Positions 1-12,100 of a stretch of DNA of 64,000 bases are shown here, piece after piece. The position numbers and the translations under genes are program-made. A model generated the notes under the pieces. It saw only the letters and a program-made list of their open reading frames with translations, was not told where the DNA came from and did no database searches. Numbering within the stretch: the stretch's first letter is position 1; each line of letters starts with the position of its first letter. This stretch comes from Octopus sinensis (lineage: Eukaryota): contig NW_021831287.1 of assembly GCF_006345805.1 (NCBI RefSeq), positions 186,001-250,000 of the forward strand, written 5' to 3'.

Positions 1-370
1 AAATTACTGAATGAAGCCCTGAACTTTAAATTAATGTTTTTTCAAACATGCCGTTCTTCCTTAGGGACACATTTGTTATATAAAAGTTAATTTATTTCGG
101 AAAATATTAAATGGTTATTTAAGCAGTGATTAAATCCCAAGACATAATAAAGTGGTAAAGTGTATCACCCATTAAATGAGGAGATCGATTATTTCTAAAA
201 AAACAATTAAAAATAAAATTTTGGGATAGTTTTAGTACATTTTAACTCAAATATACTCGAAATAAAAATTATCTTACTTTGTACGCTGTGAATCATGTCT
301 GTGAATGGTCAGGTGGGGGTCCCATCTTTTGGAGAGAGGTGTTAGTATCACTCAGGAATTTGTGCCATAA
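1..370 (+). CDS. Putative 3' end of an unidentified intron-containing gene (runs off the window)
   Basis: Open frame from base 1 (KLLNEALNFKLMFF...). A plausible last micro-intron (322-347, gtgggg...agag) gives ...HVCEWSGVSITQEFVP* at 368-370. No homology recognised and the internal splicing is unresolved. Confidence 0.25.
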
Positions 371-494
371 ATATTTAATAATTCCCAAATATATTGTTGA
401 AAGATATATCAACAAATATAATTAAATTAGTATTATAAATAAAGATGTTTATTTTGTAAAAAATAATAACTCCTTGGCAACACTAACCAAATCA

Positions 495-2610
495 ATGTTC
501 TCAGCCAGACGCGGCAACAAATACGACATTCCAGTGGAGCATTTGGACTTTACATACATAGAAAAGTGCTCAAATGTTGGAGAATTGGAAAAAATATATC
601 TCGTCTTAAAGTAGTCAAATTTATAGCTAAAAAATAAGAAATGGAGAAGAAGGTTTTTATGAGGCGTTGGAACAGGCTTGTGTAAATAAAATACGCAAAT
701 TAAATCCAAAAAGGTTTTTATGATTACTTTAATTTATTTTTATTAATTAAAATTTATTATTTAGTAAAGTATTAATAAAGGATAACCCAATTGGTAATAA
801 ATTTTCACTCGAAAGACCAGAAAGAAACGAAATAGAGGCACAAATTAAGGTTCTAAGCATATATGACTGAAGGAATGGCAAAAAACCACAAATTCTACAA
901 CCAGACATGTCAGCAAAGACTACCCAATAAGAGAAAAAGTATAAAAATATACAAAATCCTCAAAAGAGAGATTTTCATGAAAAAAAGTACAACTTGTGTG
1001 CCAATTCGATCAAAATTCCAACCAAAACAGACCAACTGGGCCAACAGGAGGCAGTGGCCAGGTCAGAGGGACTCAGGGAGAAGGGCAACGAGGTACTGCC
1101 GACTGGAATGACTGCAGGCATTTCGTTGTGGGGAGTTTGTGGAGGCTCTTGAATATTACTCGGCCAGTTTATCCTATTTTGAGAACCATATGGCAGCCAA
1201 TAACCGCGGATTGACATGTAAGCCCGCCAAAATTGATTCAAAATGGATAGATTTGAAAATATGTAGATTTAAGGAAGCTGTTGATGACTTTGATTTTGTC
1301 CTCTTAAAAGATCCTGACAACCTTCGAGCTCTGTTTAGGAAGGGAAAGTGCTTATTAGAGTTGAAAAACTATGAAAAAGCTCAAAAATGTGTTGAAAAAT
1401 ATCTAGAAAGGCAACCTGAGGACACCCAGGGTCAGGTACACCACAAGAATAACTTTATGTAGGATCTTTTGAATAAAATAAAAAATTCAAAAAATACTAT
1501 CACAAAATCAACTGGAAAAAAACTAAAAATAATCGAAGTGGAGAATACTACTGACATTTCTAATTACAGCGAATTATACGACAGGGTTAATCAGGAAGAA
1601 ACTGCAAATAACTACGAAGGTGCAGTGGAGATTTTGTCCTGGATTTTTGCCCTTGAAAAAGGGTCTTCGCCCTGCAGAGATCTCCTCTCACGACGGGCCA
1701 CTTTCTACACTCTTTTGGACAACCATTGGGCTGCCTTGGCAGACCTTTCCTACCTCATCGAGCAAAATATTGAAGACAGTGAAATTTACACACAACGAGC
1801 AAAATGTTTTTATAAAATAGAAAAGTATTATTTATTATTAATTTATTTTTAGACATTGTCTAGCCTACAATGATATAAAAAAATCTTTAGAATTTAGTTC
1901 TGGTGATGATTTTGGCGGGAAAAGTTTGTTAAAAAATATTTCCCGCGAATTAAACACAATTTATGGCAAGGATTGGGAAAAGATTGCCAATTCAACGACT
2001 TTTGGTGAGGAATTGAAGAAAAAAATGCGGGAAAAATTATTCGTTCCAAATCACCCACCAAAAATAATCGAAAAAATTTATTCCGAAATAAAATCGGCGG
2101 GAAATGACCTAATTCGTCAAGTTAGGCATAAAACTAACTTCAGGGGAATCCATTAGGGTCAATTCCTCTGTACAAAAAGTGTCTAAACTTAAAAACAGAG
2201 GATTTATCAGCAGAACTTAACATTTCTTTAAGCTACCTCCAAACAAAGGAGGTCTGTGAGTCAACTGACTTGTCTAGTTCGAACTGGCAGCCCAGCACTG
2301 TTCGAATGTCCTCAGAAGAAGTCCCAGGAATGTGAAGGCTCTCTATCGAAGAGCATTGGCCCTCAAGGTTGTCTTTTTTCTAATCTTTTAGGAACTAAAA
2401 AGACCTTTAGAAGCTCTAAAGGACCTGAATATTCTCCTTGAAGTAGACCCACACAATGTTTGGGCCACAACTGAACGGAAGAACATTTTAGAACAATCGA
2501 ATGTTCTAGAATGTTCTAGAAACAAAGATTGTATAAATGCTGTCTCAAATGGATTCAAAAAAATAGAAATTCGGGATGTTGAGGACTCCGAAGATGAACC
2601 CTGGACTTGA
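495..2610 (+). CDS. SPAG1: Sperm-associated antigen 1-like TPR co-chaperone (dynein assembly factor), multi-exon
   Basis: Spliced N-terminus KYDIPVEHLDFTYIEKCSNVGELEKIYLVLK|NGEEGFY matches the SPAG1 N-terminal signature. Three TPR clusters follow (EKGNEAF..., ALFRKG, KALYRRALA). Introns include 611-638, 714-764 and 1218-1250. Stop TGA 2608-2610. Confidence 0.85.
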
Positions 2611-2716
2611 TCCTTTCTAATTTTTCTTGATTTTTTAATTAGTAGATTAGGTACTTGTTTTTTTAGAAAAATGTTTTTTAATAAATAATTATAAGTTTTG
2701 TTTGTTGTGGTGTTAA

Positions 2717-3166
2717 ATGGATTGTCCTTATGATTTACCTAATTTGTCTTCAATATTTGAAGACATCAGCCTACTAACACCTGGTGACATTTTATACAGG
2801 AATGGTTAAATATTTAAGTGATAAAAGACTAGCAGTGGAATTGGGATCTAAACATGGCATTAATTTGGTCGATGGTGGACTCACAAAGTTCGAATCTCTC
2901 AAATCAAGACTCCAAAAATTAACAAAAAACTCAGAATTTGACGAAATTGTTAGCGAAATAAATTCCAAACTTAGTCAATTTGAAGATAAATTGTCTTCAA
3001 TTTAGTTCACATTAAATTATTGTTTAATAAATATCCGAATATAATTCCCCAAGTTGGGTTATCTTAACATAAAAAGATTTTACCATTGCCGTTGCTTTTT
3101 TGGCTTTTATATCGCTTTTGTAACGAAAATAAGATTTTCTTGGAATGTGTCCTATCCATAATATAG
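2717..3166 (+). CDS. Small hypothetical spliced gene (weak resemblance to the RPAP3/SPAG1 C-terminal domain)
   Basis: ATG 2717 follows a TTGTGGT motif. Removing short GT-AG introns gives MDCPYDLPNLSSIF...LQKLTKNSEFDEIVSEINSKL... The 3' exon structure and end are uncertain. Confidence 0.4.
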
Positions 3167-3638
3167 TCGTCTCTCAAACATTCGTATTATTAGTTAAAGA
3201 CACCAGGCACTGCTTTTGTTGCCCACACTGTTGATTAAAATACGGTAAAATATCCGTTGATTTTTACTTTTTCCTTGTCCCAATTTTATTAAAAAAATAA
3301 TTTTTTCTAAAAGATTCCAGAAATATTTTTTGCATTTTTGAAATTTTTGGGTTAAATTATTTTTTGATAAAACTTTTAAAACCAGGGAGGACAGTTACGA
3401 AAAATATTATTTTGCCATTTTTTTGTTTAAATTATTTTTTTGAGGATAGAAATCAATTTATCAATCAGGAATTTACGGAATTAGATTCTCTGTTTTAATT
3501 TTTTGGACAATAAAAGAATATTTCATTAAAAATTAAATAATTAATTATTTATCTATTTAAAATCAAATATCGGCAAACCTCAATGCATATCTCAATTTAA
3601 ATTAAACAATATCATTCTTGGTTACACTTTAAAAATAA

Positions 3639-6299
3639 ATGCCCAATGACGTATTACGAATCAATATCCTCAAAGGAAACAAAGAGAAGAGAACTTTCCG
3701 AGGACCTGCCAGATCAATTTCCTCAATAAAGGACACAGACCTTGCTCGGAAACAGCGTCCAAACTATGCTCAACTCGACCGAGAATATAAAACTGACAAA
3801 GAAAACAATTTTATTGAAATTCAAAAACATTGCTTAAAAACTAAAAGCATTTTTGTCGACTACGATTTTCCCGCGGGTCCTCGGTCTCTTGGGAACTTAC
3901 ACACTCAAAGAATTATTTGGAAAAGACCCCAAGTTAGGACTTTTAATTAAAATTAGAATTTTTGTAAAAATCCTGAATTTTTTGTCGACGGTTTTTCCAG
4001 ATTTGATGTGACCCAAGGAGCAGTGGGTCAGAATTTAAATTCACGATTAGGCGACTGCTGGCTTTTAGCAGCAATCCAATCTCTGTCCCAAAACAAACTC
4101 CTTTTCCACCAAGTGGTCCCCGAACAACAAAATTACTACCAAGACTACTGCGGAGCATTTCATTTTAATTTTTGGAGATATGGAAAGTTTTTTTTAATTT
4201 AAAAAATATATTAAGATGGACTGAAGTCATCGTGGATGATCTGCTGCCAACAATCAACGACAAACCGGTTTTTATGCACAGCAAAACTCCTAACGAATTT
4301 TGGAGTGCTTTACTGGAAAAAGCCTACGCAAAGCATTTTTTGTGTTTTTTTAATTTAGACTGATGGGCGGATATGACTCACTTCAGGGCGGGAATACCAT
4401 CGAGGCAATGACCGACATGACTGGAGGGATTAGCGAAAATATTCTCTTGAAGTCAGTCGGGAGTGATTTTTTCTATTTTTTGATGGTCGCCAAAGAACGT
4501 GGTTCGCTTTGTGGGTGTGCCGTTGATCCGGTTTTTTGTATTTTTTGAGAATAAGAATGTTTATAACTGTCCTGAAGAAAGGCTTCCAACTGGGTTGGTG
4601 ACTGCCCACGCCTACAGTCTTACGGACGTGAAAGAGGTTGAGGGGTTGGGTAATGGAAGGTCAAAACTAAAAGCGGGAATGTTGTTCAGTTATTGAGGAT
4701 TATGAATCCTTGGGGGTCTGTGGAGTGGAAGGGTCATTGGAGTGATCATTCGATGGATTGGAATCTTGTGGACAGTTCTGAGCGGAGAAAGCTTGGAATT
4801 GAGTTCTCAGAAGATGGAGAATTTTGGTTAGTTTTTTAATTAATTAACTTAATTGCCAATTAGTACATAAACACCACAAAAACAGTCACGTTGATAAATT
4901 ATATTAATTAAAAATTAGTACATAAAAATCAAAAAAATAGTTATTTTTTAATTGTTAATTTATATTTTTAAGGATGTCTTACAAAGAATGGTTGGCCAAT
5001 TTTACCCGTGTTCAAATATGCCACTTGGGCCCAGACTCACTGACCATGGAGGACTCGGCCAAGTTCTCGTGGAAGAGTTGGAATGCCACAATCGAACACT
5101 CTGCGTGGGTGAGGAGAGTGAATGCCGGAGGATGTCGAAATTATGCCAGTTGAGACACTTTTTTTAGTTTAGACACATTTTGGACAAATCCTCAATATTC
5201 TGTGTCTCTCACGGAATCGGACAATTCGTCGGGGGATACTTCCACCATGATAGTCTCCCTTCTTCAAAAACATGATCGGAGTAGCAAAAAATCACTTTTA
5301 AGCATCGGATATTCCATTTTTCGGGTAGAAGGTCGGGGAAATTGTAGATTCCTTCAAATATGCTCAACGAAATGCTCCCAAAAGAGTTTTTTGTAAGAAA
5401 CAAGTCGGTCGGACAGTCGGCCTCTTTCGTCAACCGTCGCGAGATCTCCGAACGACACGTGTTACCCGTAGGTCATTACGTAATCATCCCATCCACTTTT
5501 GAGCCATACTATGAAAGTGAATTTGTACTTCGAATTTTTTCTGTCAAAAAAAGCTCGACTCGGTTTTTTAGAAATGTAGTTATTTAAGGGAATTGGACAT
5601 ATCTACGCAGATTAAACCAGAGGTTGGTTAAACACGGTTTTTCTAGCGGCCTCCGAGACCCTTGATTGGCCAGTCGGATGTGCTGAAGAAGGCTTTTTTG
5701 TCCTTTGCTGGATCCGATGGGGTGGTCGACGCCTTCGAATTGCAGCAAATAATAAACATTCTTTTTAAAGGTCGTTTATGTGCTGAGTGTAGATTTGAAC
5801 ACATGTGAGGTCAGTTTAGAGGCTGCTCGGGCCATTGTGGCTAGTTGTGATGTTTTATTTGTTTTATTATTTCTAGGAGAATTCGGACGGGACTTTGGGG
5901 TTTGAGGAATTTGTAGAAATGTGGACAAAATTGCAAGAATGGAGGGTTTCCAGTGTTAATCTGATTCAAGACTGTGTTTAAAAGACATGACAAGGATAAC
6001 AGTTATTCTCTCGACAGTTCCGAATTCAGAATTGCTCTGAAAAGTGCTGGATTTAATTTGAGTAATGCACTCATTTCGAACATAATAATTCGCTATTCTA
6101 ATCGGAATGGAGCCATTAATTTTAGTGATTTTCTTCTCTGCATGTGTCGAATTGTCCGTTTTTATAGTTATACTGAGGTGAGGTCACATTTAGATTTGTT
6201 TGAGAAGTTTTATAAAAATGGGGATGCCAGATTTTCGCTTGACGAGGTTTTCTGTTTTGCCAAATGGTCTAGTTCTTGTCACTCAGCACACTTTTCTAA
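3639..6299 (+). CDS. CAPN: Classical calpain (CysPc + C2-like + penta-EF-hand), 17 exons
   Basis: Catalytic triad motifs QGAVGDCW, HAYS and NPWG; also [30 protein letters not shown] and EF hands. 16 introns reconstructed: 15 of 22-29 nt (one GC-AG at 4333-4358) and one of 146 nt (4827-4972). Confidence 0.93.
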
Positions 6300-6847
6300 T
6301 ATTCACTTTAATCATAATATTTAACAATCTTAAATAGGCAACAAATTATTTTATTGGATGTTTTTATCTCAAAATAATTTTGAGATTTGATTTTTCTGGT
6401 TTTTAAGTTTTAAATTTTTATTTATCACCGGGAAAACCAGCCAAATGGGCATGAAAGCATAAGTATACACACAGTAACGAATTTGGCCTGATTTCCACCA
6501 TTAACTAACATTTTCCATAAATCAAAAATATGTCAAAAAATCTTCTGTATCCATAAAATCCTCTGTATTCAATTATGCACATTTAATGCTTTCAATTAAA
6601 AAATTTTTTTGCTCTTAATCTACCATATTACTTTGGGAAGTGCATTTTCTTTGTGGTTTTATAATTTTATTCCCCAATTGTGGATGGACTGAAAATTTGG
6701 CATTTAATGTCACTGGTAAAAGGCGGAACCACTCCAAAGTCGGAACCCGAGTTGTTAATATGAATAAACAATAATTTTTTGATTTAATTTTAATTGGAAA
6801 ATCATAATTTGTTAATTATTTTGATTATAATTAAATTACACGTTACA

Positions 6848-7250
6848 ATGGTTTTTTTGGACTATCAAAAGAAATGCTTTCAAAAATAAGATTTATAAAG
6901 ATTCCGCCTGTTTAGACGAAGGACTGTCAAAGATAGAACGCCTTTTCATCAGAAGTTCCTCGAAGATTTTGCAATTTGACGAAGAAAAAGCTTTTATTTA
7001 TAAAAAAAAGGGAAAATTTTGAGCTTTTTAAAACTGACGAAGCTGAATTAAAGGTGAAAACTATTGAGGTAAACGCATTGATTAGAATTTTAAGGCTGAG
7101 CACAATTCTAACCATTTTGGTATTAAAAAAGGATAAGCTTCTTACTTTATTAGCATCTAAAATATATAGAATAAAACGACCAGAAGTTTGTAAAGTAATC
7201 GGATTCAACCAATCAATAAAGATATGGATATCATCCACCAGCGAATGAAA
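6848..7250 (+). mobile_element. Degenerate Ginger-type integrase N-terminal fragment
   Basis: H..NHFG-I.K...SKIYRIKRPEVCKVI resembles the HHCC region of the integrases at 35.8 and 44.0 kb. A probable 26-nt intron gtaaacg...ttaag is present. Confidence 0.45.
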
Positions 7251-8447
7251 CAATCACTTCTGACATTATCTTAAAATACTGAAAAAATTAAATCAAGATT
7301 TAAATATTCGTTATCAATTAATATCGATTAATCAAAGGGAAGGCCACGTTCCCCTGTAAAAAATTGTTTATGACTATAACATGGCCGTACATGAGACAAC
7401 TCGACATGTAAACTTTTGAAGTTTTTATGCGAGTTGGACATCATGATTTAAAAAGTCATGACGATGGTTCAAAAAAATCATTATAATTTTGTAGATAAAA
7501 ACGTTTATAATCGAAAAAATGCAGAGTATGACAAATATTGCAAACCCTATCCTCACAAAACAGAAATTTTCTGCTACATTTAATGTTAATATAATTTTTA
7601 AAACGTTGATACGATTAGGGCGAGAATAAAATATTATAGAGGAAGACCATAGTTTCATCTGACTGTTTCGCATTTCTACAGTCTAAATTGGCAGGCCCAA
7701 ATGAATAAGAATCCTCTTGATTCGAAAACATTTTAAATTATTGCGTTTATTTCTCGATGTCGCGCTGATTTGTTGAAACTCAAATCATTTAGCTTTTTTG
7801 GTCGACAAGATCGCCGTTGTGGTTAGGGATTTTAGTACCTTCTTAAAATTGGGGACTACAACTACCCAGTTTTACAGATGTTTCAATCCTCGACATTTCA
7901 CCTCAAATCTGGCAATAAGTAAACGCATTCATGATCACGTTTTTCCCCAGACTATCAGATCTATTTCTCTTTTTTTCTCTGCAAAACAGATTAGTTTTCT
8001 TCACTTGTTTACTCTGGTGGCTGCCTACTTTTGTCAAATTGTGATGACGTGAATGTCTCCAGACAATATCGAATCAATCTTTCAACCTCTAAGCATTGAC
8101 CTCTAAGCCGTCTCCTATCGTGGGTCTGCAACTTGTGAAGACTCTTCGTTTTAGTTGTTCGCTACCAAGTTCTTGTAAGGCCATTTATCACAAAAATAAT
8201 GTGAGGTTTACATTTAAATACTCAGAAATGTGATATTGTATGATTAGTTTCTATTCTAGATTTCCGTAGTTTTATGATTTACCCTCCTAATTTAGCACGG
8301 AGTATTAAACTATGGAAAAGTATATTTAACTACCTAAAAGTACATAAATTCCACAATTAAAGTAGTACTGTCAATAAATCTCGAGTCGAGAGGTTCCATA
8401 TGGCTAATGTTACATATATATGAGTGATTGATATACTACTACGACAA

Positions 8448-9068
8448 ATGTTGTATATCTTTGCAGTAATGAGTGCTGTAATGCCTAAAAGTTGTATATT
8501 TAAACATATTTAATAAAGAGTGCTTTAATGGAAAGTGTTACACTTATTTCAACAAATTATTGAACTATCATAAAGCAGATGCTGATTGCAAAAAACGTGG
8601 TGGCGTATTGGCCGTGGTTGATTCGAAAATTACTTACAAATATATATATGGTAGACACTTCACTGTGATGCCAAGACAATTTTGTTAAAAAGGAAAAAGG
8701 ACCTTTTTACATTGGACTTAATGACATCAAAAAAGAAGGGAACTATCGAGATTCCTACGGACGAAAACAGGTATTTCCACAACTTTGATCGAGTCATTGT
8801 TTTATTGGCTCAAAGGACAACCCAACAGTAAGCAAAATATTGAGGATTGTGTCGCGTGGATTTCATCATCATATTTTTGGAATGACATTGTGTGCCGTCG
8901 TCAACTCAAATATTTATGTGAAACAAAAAGTTTATTTATTTTTGTTATTTTCAAGTTCTTCCAACAATACCTCCCGTCTTTGGAAATATGACGAATGTGA
9001 CAGCCAATGGGGAGAACAACAAAATGCAGTCAATGATTTATTTAGAAAATAGCATCGAATATAACTAA
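8448..9068 (+). CDS. Secreted single-domain C-type lectin
   Basis: Hydrophobic N-terminus, then CFNGKCY, A..DC...GG.LA, YIGLND, W..GQPN...EDC, WNDIVC....YLCE after removal of 23-28-nt introns. The last exon is uncertain. Confidence 0.85.
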
Positions 9069-9111
9069 TCCTGATTCTACTTCACTAACATCATTCGGTT
9101 ATACTAATAAA

Positions 9112-12100
9112 CTAATTTTGATTGTTTGAGTTAGGTTTATTGAATAAAGGAAGGAAAACTAGTTTATAGACAAATCGACAACAAGTCTGTCCATGTCTAC
9201 AATTTCTGAGTACTGATTGAGTAGTGGGACACATCGAATTCCTAAAATTATAACATAAAATACCCTTTCGAATAGAACTAATTAAATATGTAGCTTGTCC
9301 CAACAGTTTTTTGGTGTTTGGTTGATGATGTAGTTCAAAGCGAAGAAATGACAGTTCGGGAAATTTAATTTCAAAACGGACAGGATTCCACATGACCACA
9401 CTTATCAATTTTTCAGATACTTTTTGTGACAAAAAATGAAAACCCGGGAAGGGAATGACTACTTTTTTGCAATCACAGGGACATCCGATTGTCCGGATGA
9501 CCAAATATATGACCTGACCTCCTCTGAGGAACGTCGGGAGTACTTTCATTGCAAACAGCACCTCAAAAATATCAAAAAATCATACCCTCACAAAAATAGT
9601 CATTTTTATATTCAAATTTTCAGTTTTTTGGTTGAGGGAAATTGGTTTGAGGAGATATCCACATCTGAAATAACCAGATACTCTACCTTCCGTTGTCTGA
9701 GAAGAGTGCCTGGTTGAGTTGCATGGGTAGGTCCCCGGTCTGGTAATTCAAAGCGACCATTTGGCATCCCAAAAGCCACGGACCGACCGGATCGTAGTTG
9801 GAAGAGTCGACTCTGATTCCGCCTGGGTAGACACGAATTAGAATTTTATTGGTCAGTCTACAAGTCAAGGAAAATATGGATTTTTGAAAAATATATTAAA
9901 AAAGGATATTCTTTTATTCTTTCTGGGAATTTGAATACTCGATTAGAGGTGAGGGAGTGCATTTCGTTATACTGGTGGTCCGCCTCTGCAGTTTATGACC
10001 AATTCACACTTTTTGGGTCGAAACGTTTGGATGAACAATAAATTATCAAATCAGAGAGTTCTTTTGCCAAATACTGAGTTCCTCTTTTTTCTTTTTCTTC
10101 AAAAATTTCATTTGAAGTAATTTTTTCCAACCAAAGTGAAGGACATGAATATAATTTTAATTTCAAATACTCTTTCTTCTCCGGTGGGCTGATATTAATA
10201 ATACTCCCCTCCACTGCCTCATAAAACCCTTTATACTTTGCACATCAGATAGTCTTAAATCCTTCATATACAAATAACGAAATCCCTGCTCTTCGTGATA
10301 GAGAGCATCATGTGCTTCCGCTTTCGAATCGACGGGAACGGCATTTTGTCGAGGAAAGTACCCACAGTATTGGCCGAGAGTGTCCCCCAGTTGCCTATAA
10401 TCTCCCACGTGATTTCTAACCAGCCCGGGAAGACTGTCGAATCCTGTACATTGAGAATATAGCTGTCCTTCCTTAAGTACAACTCCTTAGATTTGCCCCT
10501 TGGGTGGTCTTGATTACTTTAAATGCCCTTATCTGAGATTAACCATCTCAAATACTTTTTCGAGTTGATTTATGAATTTTGGGGTCAGGGGGTGGGTTAA
10601 ACACGTGTTTAAATAAATCGGGGTTCGTTCGAACCTTTTGATGACCATCATCATATTTGGGTACGACCTGGTCCCCACTTTATACACGTGTTTATCCATG
10701 GTCACAGACACGTGTTTGAGTGCATTATTAGCCCTGGTCATATAAGTTTTGTAAAACTACCAAAAACTCAATATTAATTTTTTTGGTGTCTTTCCATTAC
10801 GTAATAAATATGATCCTTCTTTTCGAGTATTTTCAAAAATGAGGACCATTTCGTCCTTGTCCATATAGGGGTAATACCATCTAGAATATAGCCCTGTCCT
10901 TACTTGTAGTCAATGTGGTTCTCCACTTGGGGTACTGGCTGAGTCAATTTTATTTGACTGCACTCAAAAGTGGAAATTTTTATTGCATTTTTGGTGTAAT
11001 ATTCGATTAGGAAATACAAATTTGAGAATATTTGGTCATGTTTTTCAAGTTTATATGTAATAGAATCTGTGTTGTGAAGTTGGCTAATTTTTATGTCCTC
11101 AACTCGATTGCTCATCCTACGAATGAAAAGAGACGTGGTACAGAACTGACAAATGGAGAGAGTCTTCAAATATGTAAATCAGAAATGCCCCCGTCCCCAA
11201 AAAAATATACGACAGCACAATTTCCATTGCAGTCGGGGGACTCAGGACTCCATGAAACCACATTTCCTGTTCGTAAAATTGATATAACTCATCTTCTTGT
11301 AGATTGTGAGGACCTTCTAGTTTGGAGTGGAGCCAAATGAGTTTTTGGCGGGAAAGAAAAAAACAGCAGTTCACCCAATCCTTAAATGTTACAAAATCCG
11401 AGACCTTGTGTCCTGGGTATCTGATCATGCCACGTGAATCGAGGAGGAGGTTGGACAACTCGTCATCGTCGAGTCCTTCTGAGTGCTGTGTGGTTTGAAT
11501 TTTTTTATTTTTGATGATTATTTTGCGGTAGAGAGAGTTGGGGGATGGGAGAGTGGACTCCCCCATTTGAATAGGTTTTTTCAGTAGTTTATCTTTAAAA
11601 ACATCTCTAAACTGTCGAGCCACTACTTTCTGCTGCTCCAAATTGAGATGACACTCAATTGACAAAATAAGCGGAAAATTTGAGTGAATAAATGCATGTT
11701 GATCGATTGCTTCAAGTACTTCCAAACACGTGCATTTGGAGGTCAGTGTATGTCCGTGGTATATCAAAGGAAGATTGTCGGGACCATTCCAGAGGTCGAC
11801 TAACATAAAAAATATATTCAACGTTCAAGACATCGACAGCCCAGTTGAAGACAGCGGACATATGACTCGGCAGTAGATTCGGAGGTCAGTTGGTCCCCAG
11901 TTAAATATCTACATTTGCTTACTGAAGGGTCACGTGTTGTGAGATGAAGCAATCCAGTATTCGTTGAGAGGACGATTCATGTTGTGATGGAGAGTTTTTC
12001 TTTTGGGATCCATTAATCCATTTTTGTCAGAAAAAAGTGGAATAAGTCCCCCTCCTGAAGAATTCGAGGATTTTTGGACAAGTTTTGATATTTCTTCATT

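Noticed and set aside
7400-8200. IS630/Tc1-like transposase relics (also ~29100-30050 and ~47850-48550)
   Set aside because: Only faint motif echoes, with no TIRs or TSDs identified; too decayed to call.
10260-10530. Loss of the SH3 domain from PLC-gamma
   Set aside because: A divergent SH3 (ELYL...GW.LGD...GYFP) is recovered after splicing.
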